A stretch of DNA of 64,000 nt from Vulcanimicrobiota bacterium (GCA_963805945.1 CAWDVP010000003.1:32001-96000); one strand, 5' to 3'. Positions 29,438-40,374 are shown, counted from the first letter of the stretch. The notes: generated by a model not told the origin, from the letters alone. Program-made: numbers and translations.

Positions 29438-30666
29438 CGGTCGACCTCGCCGAACACCGGGTCCAGGCTGCCGATGATGGCCACGACGTCGGCGATGAGG
29501 CTGCCGATCGCCAGCCTGCGCAGCGCCTGCAGGTTGTAAAAGGAGGGCGGTCGCCAGCGCACGCGCCATGGCTTGTTGCCGCCGGCGCTCGTCAGGTACA
29601 TGCCCATCTCGCCGCGCGGGCTCTCGACCGACTGGTAGATGTGGCCCTCGGGCACGTTGAAGCCGGATGACACGAGCTTGAAGTGATGGATGAGCGCTTC
29701 CATCGAGTGCTGGATCTCGGTCTTGGGCGGCGAGATGATCTTGCGGTCGTCGATGGTGACGGGGCCGTCGGGGAACTTCTCACGCGCCTGCTTGATGATC
29801 CGCCACGCCTGATACATCTCGTCGAGCCGGACGACGAAACGGCTGTAGCAGTCGCCGGCCGTGCGCACCGGGATGTCGAAGTCATACGTCTCGTAGCCGC
29901 TGTACGGGAACGCCTTGCGCACGTCGTACGGCACGCCGCTCGCGCGCAGGATCGGCCCGGTGAGCCCCCAGTCGATCGCCTCTTGCGCGCTGATCACCCC
30001 GACGCCGACCAGGCGGTCCATGATGATGACGTTCTTCTCAAGGATGGTGCGCATGTCGGTGAGACGCTCGGGGAAGCGCCCGAGAAAGTCGTCGATCTTG
30101 GCGAGGAAGCCCACGGGCACGTCGATGCCGAGGCCGCCGATGCGGAACCACGACTGGTGCATGCGCGCGCCGGTCACGAACTCCATGATCTCGAGGATGC
30201 GCTCGCGCATCTCGAACGCGTACATGAAGATGGATTGCGCGCCCAGGTCCATCGCATGCGTGCCGAGCTGCACGAGATGGCTCGCGATGCGCGTGAGCTC
30301 GGCGAACATGACGCGCAGCACTTGCGCGCGCGGCGGGATGTCGTGAATACCGAGCAGCCGCTCGGCGCCGAGCACGTAGCACAGGCTGTTCGAGAGCGGC
30401 GCGAGATAATCGGCGCGGTCCACCACGGTGACGGCCTGCTGCCAGAAGAGGTTCTCGGCTTGCTTCTCGATGCCGGTGTGGAGAAAACCGATCTCGGGCT
30501 CGGCCGCGAGCACCGTCTCGCCGTCGAGGCGCAGCATGACGCGCAGCACGCCGTGCGTGCTCGGATGCTGCGGTCCCATCGACAGGACGAGCGTGTCGCG
30601 CTCGTCGCCGGCGACCGCGGTCATGTCCGGGCTGGTCTCGTACGCGGAGAGGTCGGTGACGCTCAC
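29434..30666 (-). CDS. nuoD: NADH-quinone oxidoreductase subunit D
   Basis: [27 protein letters not shown]. Confidence 0.95.
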
Positions 30667-31238
30667 TTCGTCACCACCGGGGGCACATCGCCCGCTTTGC
30701 CGCCTGGGCTGAAGCGACGGTTGAGGCCGCGCAGCGGATAATCCTTACGCAGCGGATGGCCTTCCCAATCGTCGGGCATGAGGATGCGCCGCAGATCGGG
30801 GTGGCCGTCGAAACGGATGCCGAAAAGATCCCACGCCTCGCGCTCCGGCCAATCCGCGTTGGGCCACAGGCCGGTGAGCGACGGCACGACCGGGTTGAGA
30901 TCGTCGGCGAACACGCGCAGGCGGAAACGCGCGGGGACCAACGCCGCGGCGGATGGAGCGGTCGAGCGGCGGATCGTCATTCGACCGAAGGCCAGCAGAT
31001 GATACGATATCTCGAAGCGCGGCGTCAGCGGCAGATGGTCGGTGACGCCGATGTCGAGCAGGTGGTCATAGCCGCCCTCGCGCAGGATCGCGATCGCCGG
31101 CAGCAGCGAGGCCGCCGGAATGGCCGCTTCATCCATGTCCTGCGCGGAGACCGCTTCGAGCAGCGAGCTGCCAAGCGACGCGGAGAGCTTGTCGAGGACC
31201 GCGGCGTTGCCCGCTCGTCCGGCAGGCGTGTCAGGCAC
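30663..31238 (-). CDS. nuoC: NADH-quinone oxidoreductase subunit C
   Basis: [31 protein letters not shown]. Confidence 0.95.
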   Translation of the reverse strand: MPDTPAGRAGNAAVLDKLSASLGSSLLEAVSAQDMDEAAIPAASLLPAIAILREGGYDHLLDIGVTDHLPLTPRFEISYHLLAFGRMTIRRSTAPSAAALVPARFRLRVFADDLNPVVPSLTGLWPNADWPEREAWDLFGIRFDGHPDLRRILMPDDWEGHPLRKDYPLRGLNRRFSPGGKAGDVPPVVTK

Positions 31239-31713
31239 GCGCGAGCACGTTGGCTTTGCCGCCGGCTTCGATCTCGCGGCGCAGCTGCATGAGCGCGTAG
31301 ATCAAAGCGTCAGGGCTGGGCGGGCAGCCCGGCACGTAGACGTCGACCGGCAGGATCGAATCGACGCCCGGCAAGATCGCGTAGTTGTCGAAGACGCCGC
31401 CGGAGGACGCGCACGCGCCCATCGAGATGACCCATTTCGGATCGGGCATCTGGTCGTACAGCTGGCGCAGGATGGGCGCCATCTTGTTGGCGACGCGGCC
31501 CGACACGATCATGAGATCGCTCTGGCGCGGCGACGAACGGAAGACCTCGGCGCCGAAGCGCGACGTGTCGTAGCGCGGCGAGACGATGCTCATCATCTCG
31601 ATCGCGCAGCAGGCGAGACCCATCGTCATGGGCCAGATCGCGGATGCCTGCGCCCAGCGGATGAAATCGTCGAGCTTGGTCGTGATGAACGGCTGCTGCG
31701 GGCTCATCTCCAT
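31231..31713 (-). CDS. nuoB: NADH-quinone oxidoreductase subunit B
   Basis: [21 protein letters not shown]. Start 31713 or 31707. Confidence 0.95.
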   Translation of the reverse strand: MEMSPQQPFITTKLDDFIRWAQASAIWPMTMGLACCAIEMMSIVSPRYDTSRFGAEVFRSSPRQSDLMIVSGRVANKMAPILRQLYDQMPDPKWVISMGACASSGGVFDNYAILPGVDSILPVDVYVPGCPPSPDALIYALMQLRREIEAGGKANVLARA

Positions 31714-32063
31714 GAGAAGCCGCCTTTCTTCCACACGTAGGCGTAGCCGATGCCGAGCACGACGATGAACGCGATCATCTCCACGAGACCGAACGCGCCG
31801 AGCTCGCGCAGCTTCACCGCCCAGGGATAGAACGAGGCCGCTTCGACGTCGAAGATGACGAACAGCATGGCGACCAGGTAGAAGCGCACCGGAAAACGCC
31901 CGAGCATCGACGAGGTCGGCGGGACGCCGCACTCGTAAGGCTCGAGTTTCTCCGTCGTCGGCCGCTTCTTGGTGAAAGCGCCGGGCGCGATCACGATAAG
32001 CGACGCGACGACCACCGCCACCACGAAAAAGATGAGGATGGCGATCCAGGGGGAGTCCGGCAC
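31704..32063 (-). CDS. nuoA: NADH-quinone oxidoreductase subunit A
   Basis: PYECG, FVIFDVE. Confidence 0.95.
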   Translation of the reverse strand: MPDSPWIAILIFFVVAVVVASLIVIAPGAFTKKRPTTEKLEPYECGVPPTSSMLGRFPVRFYLVAMLFVIFDVEAASFYPWAVKLRELGAFGLVEMIAFIVVLGIGYAYVWKKGGFSWR

Positions 32064-32075
32064 GATGGCTTCCTT

Positions 32076-32115
32076 ATAGTAGTGGGAATCGCGAAGTTTG
32101 TGAAATTATTCCCAA
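32076..32115 (-). promoter_or_regulatory. nuo promoter (TTCACA-N17-TACTAT) with overlapping Rex-like operator
   Basis: TTGTGAA-ATTA-TTCCCAA at 32098-32115 is one mismatch from TTGTGAA-N4-TTCACAA; -35 at 32099-32104, -10 at 32076-32081. Confidence 0.7.
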
Positions 32116-32123
32116 ACTCCCCC

Positions 32124-33125
32124 CTAGAGGAACTCGAGCCCCCGTGCGTGCGGGGTCAGCTCGTTCTCGGCGAGCCACGCCGCGTTGTAGAGCCGGGACA
32201 TCGAACGCTGACCGCCGTCACACAGGATGGTGACGACGGAACTGCCGGCAGGGAGGCCCTGCGCGACCCTCGCGGCGGCGGTCACATTGAGCGCGGCTGA
32301 GCCGCCGAGCAACAGGCCTTCATGGCGCAGCAGATAGTGCGCCATCTCGACCATATCGCGATCGTCCACGCGCAGCGCGTCGTCGGCGGGCGCGCCGCGG
32401 AAATTGTCGGTGATGCGTTTGATGCCGATGCCCTCGGCGATGGAGTCGCCCTCGACGTCGAGCGAACCGTGCTTGACGTATGCGTACAGCGCCGAGCCCA
32501 TCGGATCGGCGAGCACCGTGCGGATGCCCGACCGCTGCTCTTTGAGAAAACCGCTCACGCCGGCGAACGTGCCGCCCGTGCCCGCCGCGGCGACGAACGC
32601 ATCGATCGCGCCGCCGCTTTGCCGCCAGATCTCCGGGCCGGTGGTCTCGTAGTGGGCGCGGCGGTTGGCCGGGTTGTTGAATTGGTCGGCCCAGATGGCG
32701 CCCGGCGTCTCTTGCGCGATGCGCCGCGCGACGTGATAGTAGTTGCCCTGGTCGGCGAAGGGCACAGTGGGCACGATGCGCAGATCCGCGCCGAAAAGGC
32801 GCAGCAGATCGAACTTCTCCGACGACTGGTCGTCGGGCACCACGATGATGGAGCGATAGCCGCGCGCATCGCCGAGCAGCGCGAGCGCGATGCCGGTGTT
32901 GCCAGCGGTGCCTTCGACGATGGTCCCGCCTGCTTTGAGCTTGCCGGATGCCTCCGCATCCTCGATGATGTACTTGGCCGCTCTGTCCTTGACCGAGCCG
33001 CCGGGGTTGAGGAATTCGGCTTTGCCGAGGATGGTCCGGCCGAGCGCCGCCGAGAGATTGGGGATCCGCAGCAGCGGCGTGTCGCCGACCGCCGCGAACA
33101 GATCCGCTTTGATGGAGCCGCTCAT
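32124..33125 (-). CDS. Cysteine synthase family PLP enzyme
   Basis: KAEFLNPGGSVKDR, EGTAGNTG, GTGGT. Confidence 0.92.
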   Translation of the reverse strand: MSGSIKADLFAAVGDTPLLRIPNLSAALGRTILGKAEFLNPGGSVKDRAAKYIIEDAEASGKLKAGGTIVEGTAGNTGIALALLGDARGYRSIIVVPDDQSSEKFDLLRLFGADLRIVPTVPFADQGNYYHVARRIAQETPGAIWADQFNNPANRRAHYETTGPEIWRQSGGAIDAFVAAAGTGGTFAGVSGFLKEQRSGIRTVLADPMGSALYAYVKHGSLDVEGDSIAEGIGIKRITDNFRGAPADDALRVDDRDMVEMAHYLLRHEGLLLGGSAALNVTAAARVAQGLPAGSSVVTILCDGGQRSMSRLYNAAWLAENELTPHARGLEFL

Positions 33126-33175
33126 GTCGGCAAAAGGCTACCCATCGCTCGCGCGGAATACCTGCGCACAACACG

Positions 33176-34138
33176 ATGCAGCAACACCGGATCATCATCA
33201 TCGGCTCGGGTCCCGCGGGACTCACGGCTGCGGTCTATGCGGCGCGCGCCGATCTCGCCCCGCTGCTCTTCGCCGGCGGTCTGTACGGCGGCCAGCTCAT
33301 GCTGACCAGCGACGTCGAGAACTATCCCGGCTTTCCCGAAGGCGTGCTCGGCCCCGATCTCATGGAGAAGTTCCGCGCGCAGGCGGAGCGCTTCGGCGCG
33401 GTGATCCGCAACGAGGACGTGACGCGCGTCGATTTCAGCTCGCAGCCGCTGCGCGTGTGGGTGGACGAAGAAGAGCATCACGCGCACGTCGTCATCGTCG
33501 CGACCGGTGCGTCCGCGAAATGGCTCGGATTGCCCAACGAGACGCGTCTGCGCGGCCGAGGCGTGTCGAGCTGCGCCACGTGCGACGGCGCGTTCTTCAA
33601 GGGCAAAGAGATCATCGTGGTCGGCGGCGGCGACACCGCGCTCGAGGACGGTCTGTTCCTCACGCGTTTCGGCCGCCGCGTCACCGTCGTCCACCGGCGC
33701 GACGCGCTGCGCGCGTCGAAGATCATGCAGCAGCGAGCGCTGGCCCATCCCAAGATGCAGTTCATCTGGAACAGCGCGATCCACGACATCGAAGGCGAGC
33801 GCGCCGTCACCGCCGTGAAACTGCGCAACCTCGAGACCGATGCGATCACGTCGATGGACGCGGACGCGGTGTTCGTCGCCATCGGCCACGAACCGAACAC
33901 CGCGATCTTTGCGGGACAATTGGCTTTGGACGAACGGGGCTACGTCGTATCGCCCGACGGCGTGCGCACAAACGTCCCCGGCGTCTTCGTCGCAGGCGAC
34001 GTCCAGGACACGCGTTACCGCCAGGCGGTGACCGCAGCCGGGATGGGCTGCCGGGCGGCGCTCGAAGCAGAAAAGTATCTCGAGGAGCACGAAGCACGAG
34101 TGACCGTCGGCCACGGGGGCGCCACCCTTAAGTCCTGA
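33176..34138 (+). CDS. trxB: Thioredoxin-disulfide reductase
   Basis: GSGPAG, CATCDG, GGGD, YRQAVTAAG. Confidence 0.95.
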   Translation: MQQHRIIIIGSGPAGLTAAVYAARADLAPLLFAGGLYGGQLMLTSDVENYPGFPEGVLGPDLMEKFRAQAERFGAVIRNEDVTRVDFSSQPLRVWVDEEEHHAHVVIVATGASAKWLGLPNETRLRGRGVSSCATCDGAFFKGKEIIVVGGGDTALEDGLFLTRFGRRVTVVHRRDALRASKIMQQRALAHPKMQFIWNSAIHDIEGERAVTAVKLRNLETDAITSMDADAVFVAIGHEPNTAIFAGQLALDERGYVVSPDGVRTNVPGVFVAGDVQDTRYRQAVTAAGMGCRAALEAEKYLEEHEARVTVGHGGATLKS

Positions 34139-34242
34139 GGGCGGAACGGCCGATACTTTAATGTAGAAGAAATCACCGCCAACCGCCGCAGGTCAAGCTG
34201 CGCGGGACACGGTCATCGCTTCATCGGAGCCATATCGAACGC

Positions 34243-36609
34243 ATGAGTGAGCAACAGTCCGTTCCGGCCGCAGCGCTCGAGCAGGCGCGCGCGGAGATGA
34301 GCAACGGCAATTCGGCGGCAGCGGTCACGCTGGTGCGCCAGGTCGTCGGCCGCCCCGACACGACCCCGGATCAGCTCGCCGCGGCAGCGCGGCTGGGCGT
34401 CAATCTCGGCCTCGAAGAGTCGTTCGGTTGGACGATGCGCGCCGGGCGCCGTCAGATGGAAGCTGGCAGTCTCGAAGACGCGCGGGAGACGTTCACCGCG
34501 GCGCGCGCGCTCGATGAGAAGAACTACGAACCGATCTTCGAGCTTGGCCGCGTCGAGATCGCCGCCGGCAATAAGGCCGAAGGTCTGGGCCGCTTCGCCG
34601 AAGTGCTGCGCAAGTCGAACTACACGTTCGTGCCGGCGCTCTTCGAAGCCGGCTGCGTGTACGAAGCGGACGATCAGGTCGATCAGGCGATCCTCACCTT
34701 CAAGCGCATCGTCGAGCGCGACAAGAGCCATGCGTATGCGTTGGACCATCTCGGCAAGCTGTACAAATCGAAGCAGATGGCGCCGGAAGCGACGGCGTAC
34801 TTCCTGCAGTCGGCCGAAGCCGCGCGCAAGATCATGGACTACGCCTTGGCGCTGCGGTGCGCGCGCGACATCATCGAATTCGATCCGGGCAACGCGCGAG
34901 CGCTCGGGCTCGAAGCGGAGATGCTGCGGATCCTGCCCGAACCGCGCGCGAAAGAAAAAGCGAGCGCCGAACCGGCGCCTGCGCCGGCGCCCAAACCCGC
35001 GCCGCCGCCGCCGCCCGTGCAGCAAGTCGCGGCAGGCGTCGTGCCCCACGACTTCCGGCTCATCGAACAGCAATCCAAGGCCACGCTGGAGCTCGCCCAG
35101 GTCACCGCGGGCGTCGCCGAGGCGTACAAGCAGCGGCTCGCGATCGAGGAGCAGATCAAGGCCGCGCAGGCCACGCTCGAGTCCGTCACGGCGGCGGGCC
35201 AGGGCGCCGATCAAGAGCTCACCGCGATCAAGGCGCAGCTCTACACGGTCGGACAGGCGCGCGTCGCGGAAGAGGCTGCGATGGCAGCGCTCTCCGCGAA
35301 GCTCGACCAGGCGCGCCAAGGCCTGGTGGCCCTCGAGACGCTGCATGAGAGCATCAAGCAGGCGGACGAGCAGCGACAGGGCATCCTCAAGACGATCGAA
35401 CAGCTGAAGACCGAAGCCGCCGCGGTGCAAACGGCAGCGGGCAAAGCGAAGACCGATGCATCATCGGTCGAGAAGGCGCTGACAGAGGTCACCGGCGGTT
35501 TCGGCGCGCTGCGCAAAGAGGCGGAGACCGCGAAGGCGGTGCTCGACGATGCCAAGACGCAAGCGGAGAAGGCGAAGGCCGACGCCGCCGCGGCAGAGGC
35601 TGCCGTCGTCAAGGCGCGCGAGAAGTTCGAGGCGTCTCGGACCGCGGTCGACGCGGCCGAGCAGCGCATCATCGAGGCCGCTGCGCACGCCAACGCGGTC
35701 GGCAGCGACGCGGCCGTGACCATCGCCGGCATCGCAGACGTGGAGACCTCGGTCGGCGCCGCGCTGGCGGCGCAGAAGACGATAGAAGATGCGATCGGTC
35801 AGCTGCGCGCGCTCGCGGTGGCGCTCACAGAGCGGCGCAAGCAGACAGAGGCGGCGCTGACCCAGATCGCCGGCATCGGGGAAACGCAAGCGACCGGACT
35901 CAACGAAGCCGACATCGCCAAGCTGGAAGCCGGTCTCGCCGCAGCGATCGAAAAAGCAGCGGTCGCCGCCCACAAGCCGCCGCAGCCGGCCGCACCCGCC
36001 GCGCCGGCAGCCGCAACCCCCGCGCCGCCGCCCGTCGCTGCCGCTGCGGCAAAACCGAACGGCGTGTCGCAAGCACCCGCGCCGCCGCCCGCACCGGCGA
36101 AGGCGAAGGCGGATGCCGGCAAGCCGCCCGAAAAAGCTGCGGAAAAGCCTGCCGACAAGGCTGTCGTGCCCGAGCGCAGCTCGGGTTCCCCCAAAGCCGA
36201 CGACAATTCGCCCGGCGGCGTCTTCGCCCGCGGTTCAGCCGCGCTCGAAGCGAAGAAGCCGCAAGAAGCGCTCAAGATCTTCGAAGCGCTGGCCTCGAAT
36301 CCGGAGTTCGCGGTGCTCGCGCAGACCGCCATCGGCCGCTGCTACGCGCAGATGGGCCAGTTCGACGAGGCCATCGCGCGCTATTCGAAGGCGCTCGAGA
36401 CGCCAGGGCATCCGGAAGAGCAGTATCACGAAGCGCTCTACTACATGTCCGCCGCGCACGAGAGCCGTGACGACGCGGAATCGCGCGAGCTTGCGGTGTG
36501 GGCGCTCGAGGAGATCGTCGCGGCCAACCCGCGCTATCGCGACGTCGCCGCGCGTATGGAAGCGCTCAAGTCGAAAGCGGGCAAGGCCGCCGCCGGCGGA
36601 GCGGCATAA
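34243..36609 (+). CDS. TPR - long coiled coil - Pro/Ala linker - TPR protein
   Basis: TPR-like helices at both ends, about 300-aa Ala/Glu/Lys heptad region, no signal peptide. Confidence 0.8.
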   Translation: MSEQQSVPAAALEQARAEMSNGNSAAAVTLVRQVVGRPDTTPDQLAAAARLGVNLGLEESFGWTMRAGRRQMEAGSLEDARETFTAARALDEKNYEPIFELGRVEIAAGNKAEGLGRFAEVLRKSNYTFVPALFEAGCVYEADDQVDQAILTFKRIVERDKSHAYALDHLGKLYKSKQMAPEATAYFLQSAEAARKIMDYALALRCARDIIEFDPGNARALGLEAEMLRILPEPRAKEKASAEPAPAPAPKPAPPPPPVQQVAAGVVPHDFRLIEQQSKATLELAQVTAGVAEAYKQRLAIEEQIKAAQATLESVTAAGQGADQELTAIKAQLYTVGQARVAEEAAMAALSAKLDQARQGLVALETLHESIKQADEQRQGILKTIEQLKTEAAAVQTAAGKAKTDASSVEKALTEVTGGFGALRKEAETAKAVLDDAKTQAEKAKADAAAAEAAVVKAREKFEASRTAVDAAEQRIIEAAAHANAVGSDAAVTIAGIADVETSVGAALAAQKTIEDAIGQLRALAVALTERRKQTEAALTQIAGIGETQATGLNEADIAKLEAGLAAAIEKAAVAAHKPPQPAAPAAPAAATPAPPPVAAAAAKPNGVSQAPAPPPAPAKAKADAGKPPEKAAEKPADKAVVPERSSGSPKADDNSPGGVFARGSAALEAKKPQEALKIFEALASNPEFAVLAQTAIGRCYAQMGQFDEAIARYSKALETPGHPEEQYHEALYYMSAAHESRDDAESRELAVWALEEIVAANPRYRDVAARMEALKSKAGKAAAGGAA
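36163..36185 (+). repeat. REP-like palindrome inside the first TPR gene
   Basis: GTCGTGCCCGAGCGCAGCTCGGG, one mismatch to 37729-37751; encodes VVPERSSG. Confidence 0.75.
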
Positions 36610-36612
36610 CGC

Positions 36613-38289
36613 GTGACGAACGCCAATCGCAAGCGTCAGCTCGCCGTCGAGACGGCGGCCAAGGAAGGCCTGCGGGCCTCCGTGCCGCTGTACATCGCCG
36701 CGGCGGAGGCGTTCGCACAAGAGGATCGTCCTGCGCAAGGTGTCGAGCTGCTCGGCGAGCTGCTCAACGCCAAAGAGCGCCGACGCGGGCTGTTCGGCCG
36801 CGCAGAGAAGAACCCGCTCGGCACCGAGCGGCTGCGCGTCGCCACCAAGTACGCCGAACTCGCGCGGACCACATCGCCGACCGAAGATTCGCTCGAGATG
36901 CTCGAGGATCTCTCCATCGAGTTCTCCGAGAGCCCGGCCATCCGGCGCGCCAACGCCGACGGACTGCGCAACGCCGGCTATGCCGCCGACGCCATCGAAG
37001 AATATCAATACTGCGCGAGGCTCGAGCCCGAGGACGGCGACATCGAGGTGCGCATGAGCGAGCTGTTCGCCGCGCTCGGCCGCACGGACGAAGCGATCGA
37101 CAGCTTGCGCAAGGGCATCGCGCAACACGCGGCGAGCGGCGAGTACGAACAAGTCGCCGACCGGGCGATGCGTTTCATCGATCTCAACCCCGATGACCTC
37201 GAGGACGTCTACATGTCGCTCGAGCTGCTGCCGGGCGAAGTGCTCAAACGCCACGTGCCCTCGCTCGATCACATCGGCATCCTCGTGCGCCGCGATCCGA
37301 GCAAGGGAGACGAGTGGCGCGCCCGCATGGAGCAGCGCCTCGTCGATCTGTACACGCTCGTGCTCGAGATCGACGGCCGCAACGCGGCGGCGCGCCGCGG
37401 CATCAACGTGCTCGGCCAGCAGTATATGGCGGACGTCGAAGTGCGCCTCAAAGCCGCCGCGCAGAAGGCGCAAGCGGCGGCGACGCCCGCTCCCGCACCT
37501 GCGACGCCCACCCCCGAGACGCCAGCGCCGAAGCCGGCCGTCGCGTCGGCTCCAGCGACGCCCGCGCCCGCAGCAGCGACGGTCGCGCCCGCATCTGCGA
37601 CACCCGCACCCGCACCTGCGACACCTGCGCCCGCGACGCCCGCGCCGACGCCTCCAGCCACGCCGGCCGCAGCCGCAGCGCCGCCGCCCGCAGCGACTCC
37701 ATACAAACCCGCGCCGGCTGCCGCATCACCCGAGCTGCGCTCGGGCACTACGGCGCCGCCGCCACCCGCCCCGCCGCCACCGGCCGCGCCCGCGCGAGCC
37801 GAAGCCGCAGAGGTCCACGCGCCCGAGCTGGTCGAGAAGTCTCCAGGAGAGCTGGTCGCTGAAGAGACGCCCGTCGTCGCCGCGGCCGTACCGGTCGCCG
37901 CGGCCGGAGACGCAGGGGCTCAAACGCCGGCAGCCGCGCCCGCTTCGGGCAAAGGTCTGTACGCCTTCGCCTTGCGCAAAGCGCAAGAGCAATTCGACGC
38001 CGGGAGCTACGACGCGGCCGCGCAGGCGTGCGATCGTATCCTCAAGCGCGGCGACATCCCCGAAGTGCTGCAGCTGCTCATGGCCTGCTACGTCAAGCTC
38101 GAGCGCAAACCGGACGCGGTCGCGGCCGGCTTGCGTTACGCCGAGTCGCTGGCCGCTGAGAGTCCCGCCAAGGCGCTTGAAGCGCTCACCGAGATGATCA
38201 AGACGCTGCCCGATGCCGCGCTCGTGCTACGCCGCTCGCAGCTGCTCACGAACATGCGCCAAGTGGAGTTCGCTGGAAAAAAAGGCTGA
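36613..38289 (+). CDS. TPR-repeat protein with long Pro/Ala/Thr linker
   Basis: TPR-like helices, PAPATP repeats, starts 3 bp after the previous gene. Confidence 0.8.
   Translation: MTNANRKRQLAVETAAKEGLRASVPLYIAAAEAFAQEDRPAQGVELLGELLNAKERRRGLFGRAEKNPLGTERLRVATKYAELARTTSPTEDSLEMLEDLSIEFSESPAIRRANADGLRNAGYAADAIEEYQYCARLEPEDGDIEVRMSELFAALGRTDEAIDSLRKGIAQHAASGEYEQVADRAMRFIDLNPDDLEDVYMSLELLPGEVLKRHVPSLDHIGILVRRDPSKGDEWRARMEQRLVDLYTLVLEIDGRNAAARRGINVLGQQYMADVEVRLKAAAQKAQAAATPAPAPATPTPETPAPKPAVASAPATPAPAAATVAPASATPAPAPATPAPATPAPTPPATPAAAAAPPPAATPYKPAPAAASPELRSGTTAPPPPAPPPPAAPARAEAAEVHAPELVEKSPGELVAEETPVVAAAVPVAAAGDAGAQTPAAAPASGKGLYAFALRKAQEQFDAGSYDAAAQACDRILKRGDIPEVLQLLMACYVKLERKPDAVAAGLRYAESLAAESPAKALEALTEMIKTLPDAALVLRRSQLLTNMRQVEFAGKKG
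37729..37751 (-). repeat. REP-like palindrome inside the second TPR gene (antisense)
   Basis: GTAGTGCCCGAGCGCAGCTCGGG with intact GTAG; encodes PELRSGTT on the plus strand. Confidence 0.8.
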
Positions 38290-38297
38290 GCGAAGAG

Positions 38298-39098
38298 CTA
38301 CGGCGCGAAGGCGTAGATGACCCGATACGTCTCCGTCGCCGGCTTGCCGTCGATCTTCGGCGGTAGGAACGTGCTGTGCGAAGCAGCCGCCAGCGCGGCC
38401 TGGTCCAGCGACGGGTGTCCGGCAGATTTCTCCAAGCGCTGCGAGATCACGTTGCCCTTCGGCCCCACCGTGACGAGCACGACCGCGGTGCCCTCTGCGT
38501 TCTGCGCGCGCGCGATCTCCGGATAGTCCGGCTGGACGCGGTTGGCGAAACGCGCGTCGACGACGACCTGCGGCGCGTAGACCTCGGCCGCCGGCGTCGG
38601 CGTCGCGGGAGCCGGTGTCGGCGTCGCGGGTGCAGGCGTCGTCACGGTGGTCGTCGGCACTGCGGGCGTCGGCGGACTGAAGAACGATGGTCCAAAAGCG
38701 ACGTTCCTCTTGGGTGCCGGCGTCTTGGCCGGCTTGGGCGTCGGCCGCGGCGAGCTGGAGGGGCTCGGCGTCGGCGCCGGTGATTGCGTCGGCTTCGGCG
38801 TCGGAGAAGCCGCCGGCGTCGGCGAGGCCGGGAACAAGGCGATCTTAGGCACCTTGAACGGTACCGTGTGCATCGAGACGCTCGCCTTCGGCGGCGTCGC
38901 CTTCGGCTTCTGCCACCCGCTGAGCACCGCGCTGATGCCGGCCTGCGAATAGAGCGCGAAGCCGATGCCGGCCAGCACGACCAACGCCACAAGCCCGCCG
39001 ATGATCTTGACGCGGCTGCTTACCTGCTTGCGCCGACGCCGATCGTCGCGGTCTTCTTTGAAGCTGCGTCGTAGCGGAGCGCCCGGAGTGAAACTCAC
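38298..39098 (-). CDS. TonB family protein (TM anchor, Pro-rich linker, TonB C-terminal domain)
   Basis: PDYPEIAR...EG.AVV...SAGHPSLDQAAL...P.IDGKP. Confidence 0.9.
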   Translation of the reverse strand: MSFTPGAPLRRSFKEDRDDRRRRKQVSSRVKIIGGLVALVVLAGIGFALYSQAGISAVLSGWQKPKATPPKASVSMHTVPFKVPKIALFPASPTPAASPTPKPTQSPAPTPSPSSSPRPTPKPAKTPAPKRNVAFGPSFFSPPTPAVPTTTVTTPAPATPTPAPATPTPAAEVYAPQVVVDARFANRVQPDYPEIARAQNAEGTAVVLVTVGPKGNVISQRLEKSAGHPSLDQAALAAASHSTFLPPKIDGKPATETYRVIYAFAP

Positions 39099-39210
39099 GC
39101 GAGAGGGACCTCCCCAAAAGTCCTGAGCGAGCGGTGCTCGCCCTTCTCTATATTAGGTATCGTCCTGGAAATACCTTAGTTTATGGCGCCGCCGGGACAC
39201 CCGGGTGTTC

Positions 39211-40374
39211 TCAAAGCCGTGAGGGCAACTCGTGCGCCAGCGCACGCAATGCGCGCACGCCGGCGGGGAGAGCGGCTTCGTCGAGCCGGAACTCGGGCGA
39301 ATGCGTGGCCGGATTGTCCACATCCTTAAAGCCCGTGCCCAGCCGCAGATAGCAGCCCGGCGCGGCCTGGGCGAAGTAAGCGAAGTCCTCCGCCCCCATG
39401 CTCGGCACCGGCAGATCGACGACGGTCTCGCCGGCGGCGCGCATGATCGCGAGAACCTCATCGACCAGCGCCGGCGCGTTGTAGACCGGCGGATAGCCGA
39501 ATTCGATCTCGAACTCGTAGGTGGCGCCATGCGCGTGGCAGATGCCCTTGACGATCCGCTCGAGCCGCTCCGGCACCACAGCGCGCACTTCCTCATCGAG
39601 GCAGCGGATCGTCCCCTCGAGCACCGTCTCATCCGCGATGATGTTGCGCCGGTAGCCGCCGCGCACCACGCCGATGGTCAGCACCACCGATCGTAACGGA
39701 TCCACCTCGCGGCTCGCGATGGTCTGCAGCGCGGTCACGATCTCGGCGGCGATCGGGATGGTGTCGACGCTCTTGTGCGGATACGCCGCATGTCCGCCGC
39801 GGCCGCGCACGGTGATGGAGAAGTCGTCGCACGAGGCCGACATGGCGCCGTGGCGCGTGCCGAAGACGCCGCTCGGCAGCAGCGGGGAGACGTGCAGCAT
39901 CGCGACGGCGTCGACGGCCGGCGAACGCATGACGCCCGCGTCGATCATCGGCTTCGCGCCGCCCGGACCTTCCTCGGCGGGTTGGAAGAAGAACTTGATC
40001 GTGCCCGCGAGCCGCTCGCGCTCAGCCGCGAGCGAGACGGCGGCGCCGAGCAGCATCGCGGTATGCGCGTCGTGGCCGCAGGCGTGCATGACGCCGGGCA
40101 CCTTGGACGAGAACGGCTCGCCGCTGCGTTCTTGCAGCGGCAGCGCGTCCATATCGGCGCGCAGCGCGATGGTCTTGCCCGGGCGCCCGCCGCGCAGCGT
40201 GCCGACGATGCCGGTCGTGGCGACGCGCCGCACGTCGACGCCTGCGGCGCGCAGCGTCGTCTCGACGAGCGCACTGGTGCGTTCCTCGAGGAATCCGACC
40301 TCGGGATGCTCGTGGATCTGCCGCCGCCAGCGGATGACATCGTCGAAGACGCGCTGGAGCGCGGCTTCGCTCAT
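39211..40374 (-). CDS. M20 family amidohydrolase
   Basis: LRADMDAL, MHACGHDAH, FQPAEEG, EDF. Confidence 0.95.
   Translation of the reverse strand: MSEAALQRVFDDVIRWRRQIHEHPEVGFLEERTSALVETTLRAAGVDVRRVATTGIVGTLRGGRPGKTIALRADMDALPLQERSGEPFSSKVPGVMHACGHDAHTAMLLGAAVSLAAERERLAGTIKFFFQPAEEGPGGAKPMIDAGVMRSPAVDAVAMLHVSPLLPSGVFGTRHGAMSASCDDFSITVRGRGGHAAYPHKSVDTIPIAAEIVTALQTIASREVDPLRSVVLTIGVVRGGYRRNIIADETVLEGTIRCLDEEVRAVVPERLERIVKGICHAHGATYEFEIEFGYPPVYNAPALVDEVLAIMRAAGETVVDLPVPSMGAEDFAYFAQAAPGCYLRLGTGFKDVDNPATHSPEFRLDEAALPAGVRALRALAHELPSRL

Noticed and set aside
37480..37800. GC-rich repetitive DNA
   Set aside because: Explained by the Pro/Ala/Thr linker of the TPR protein.
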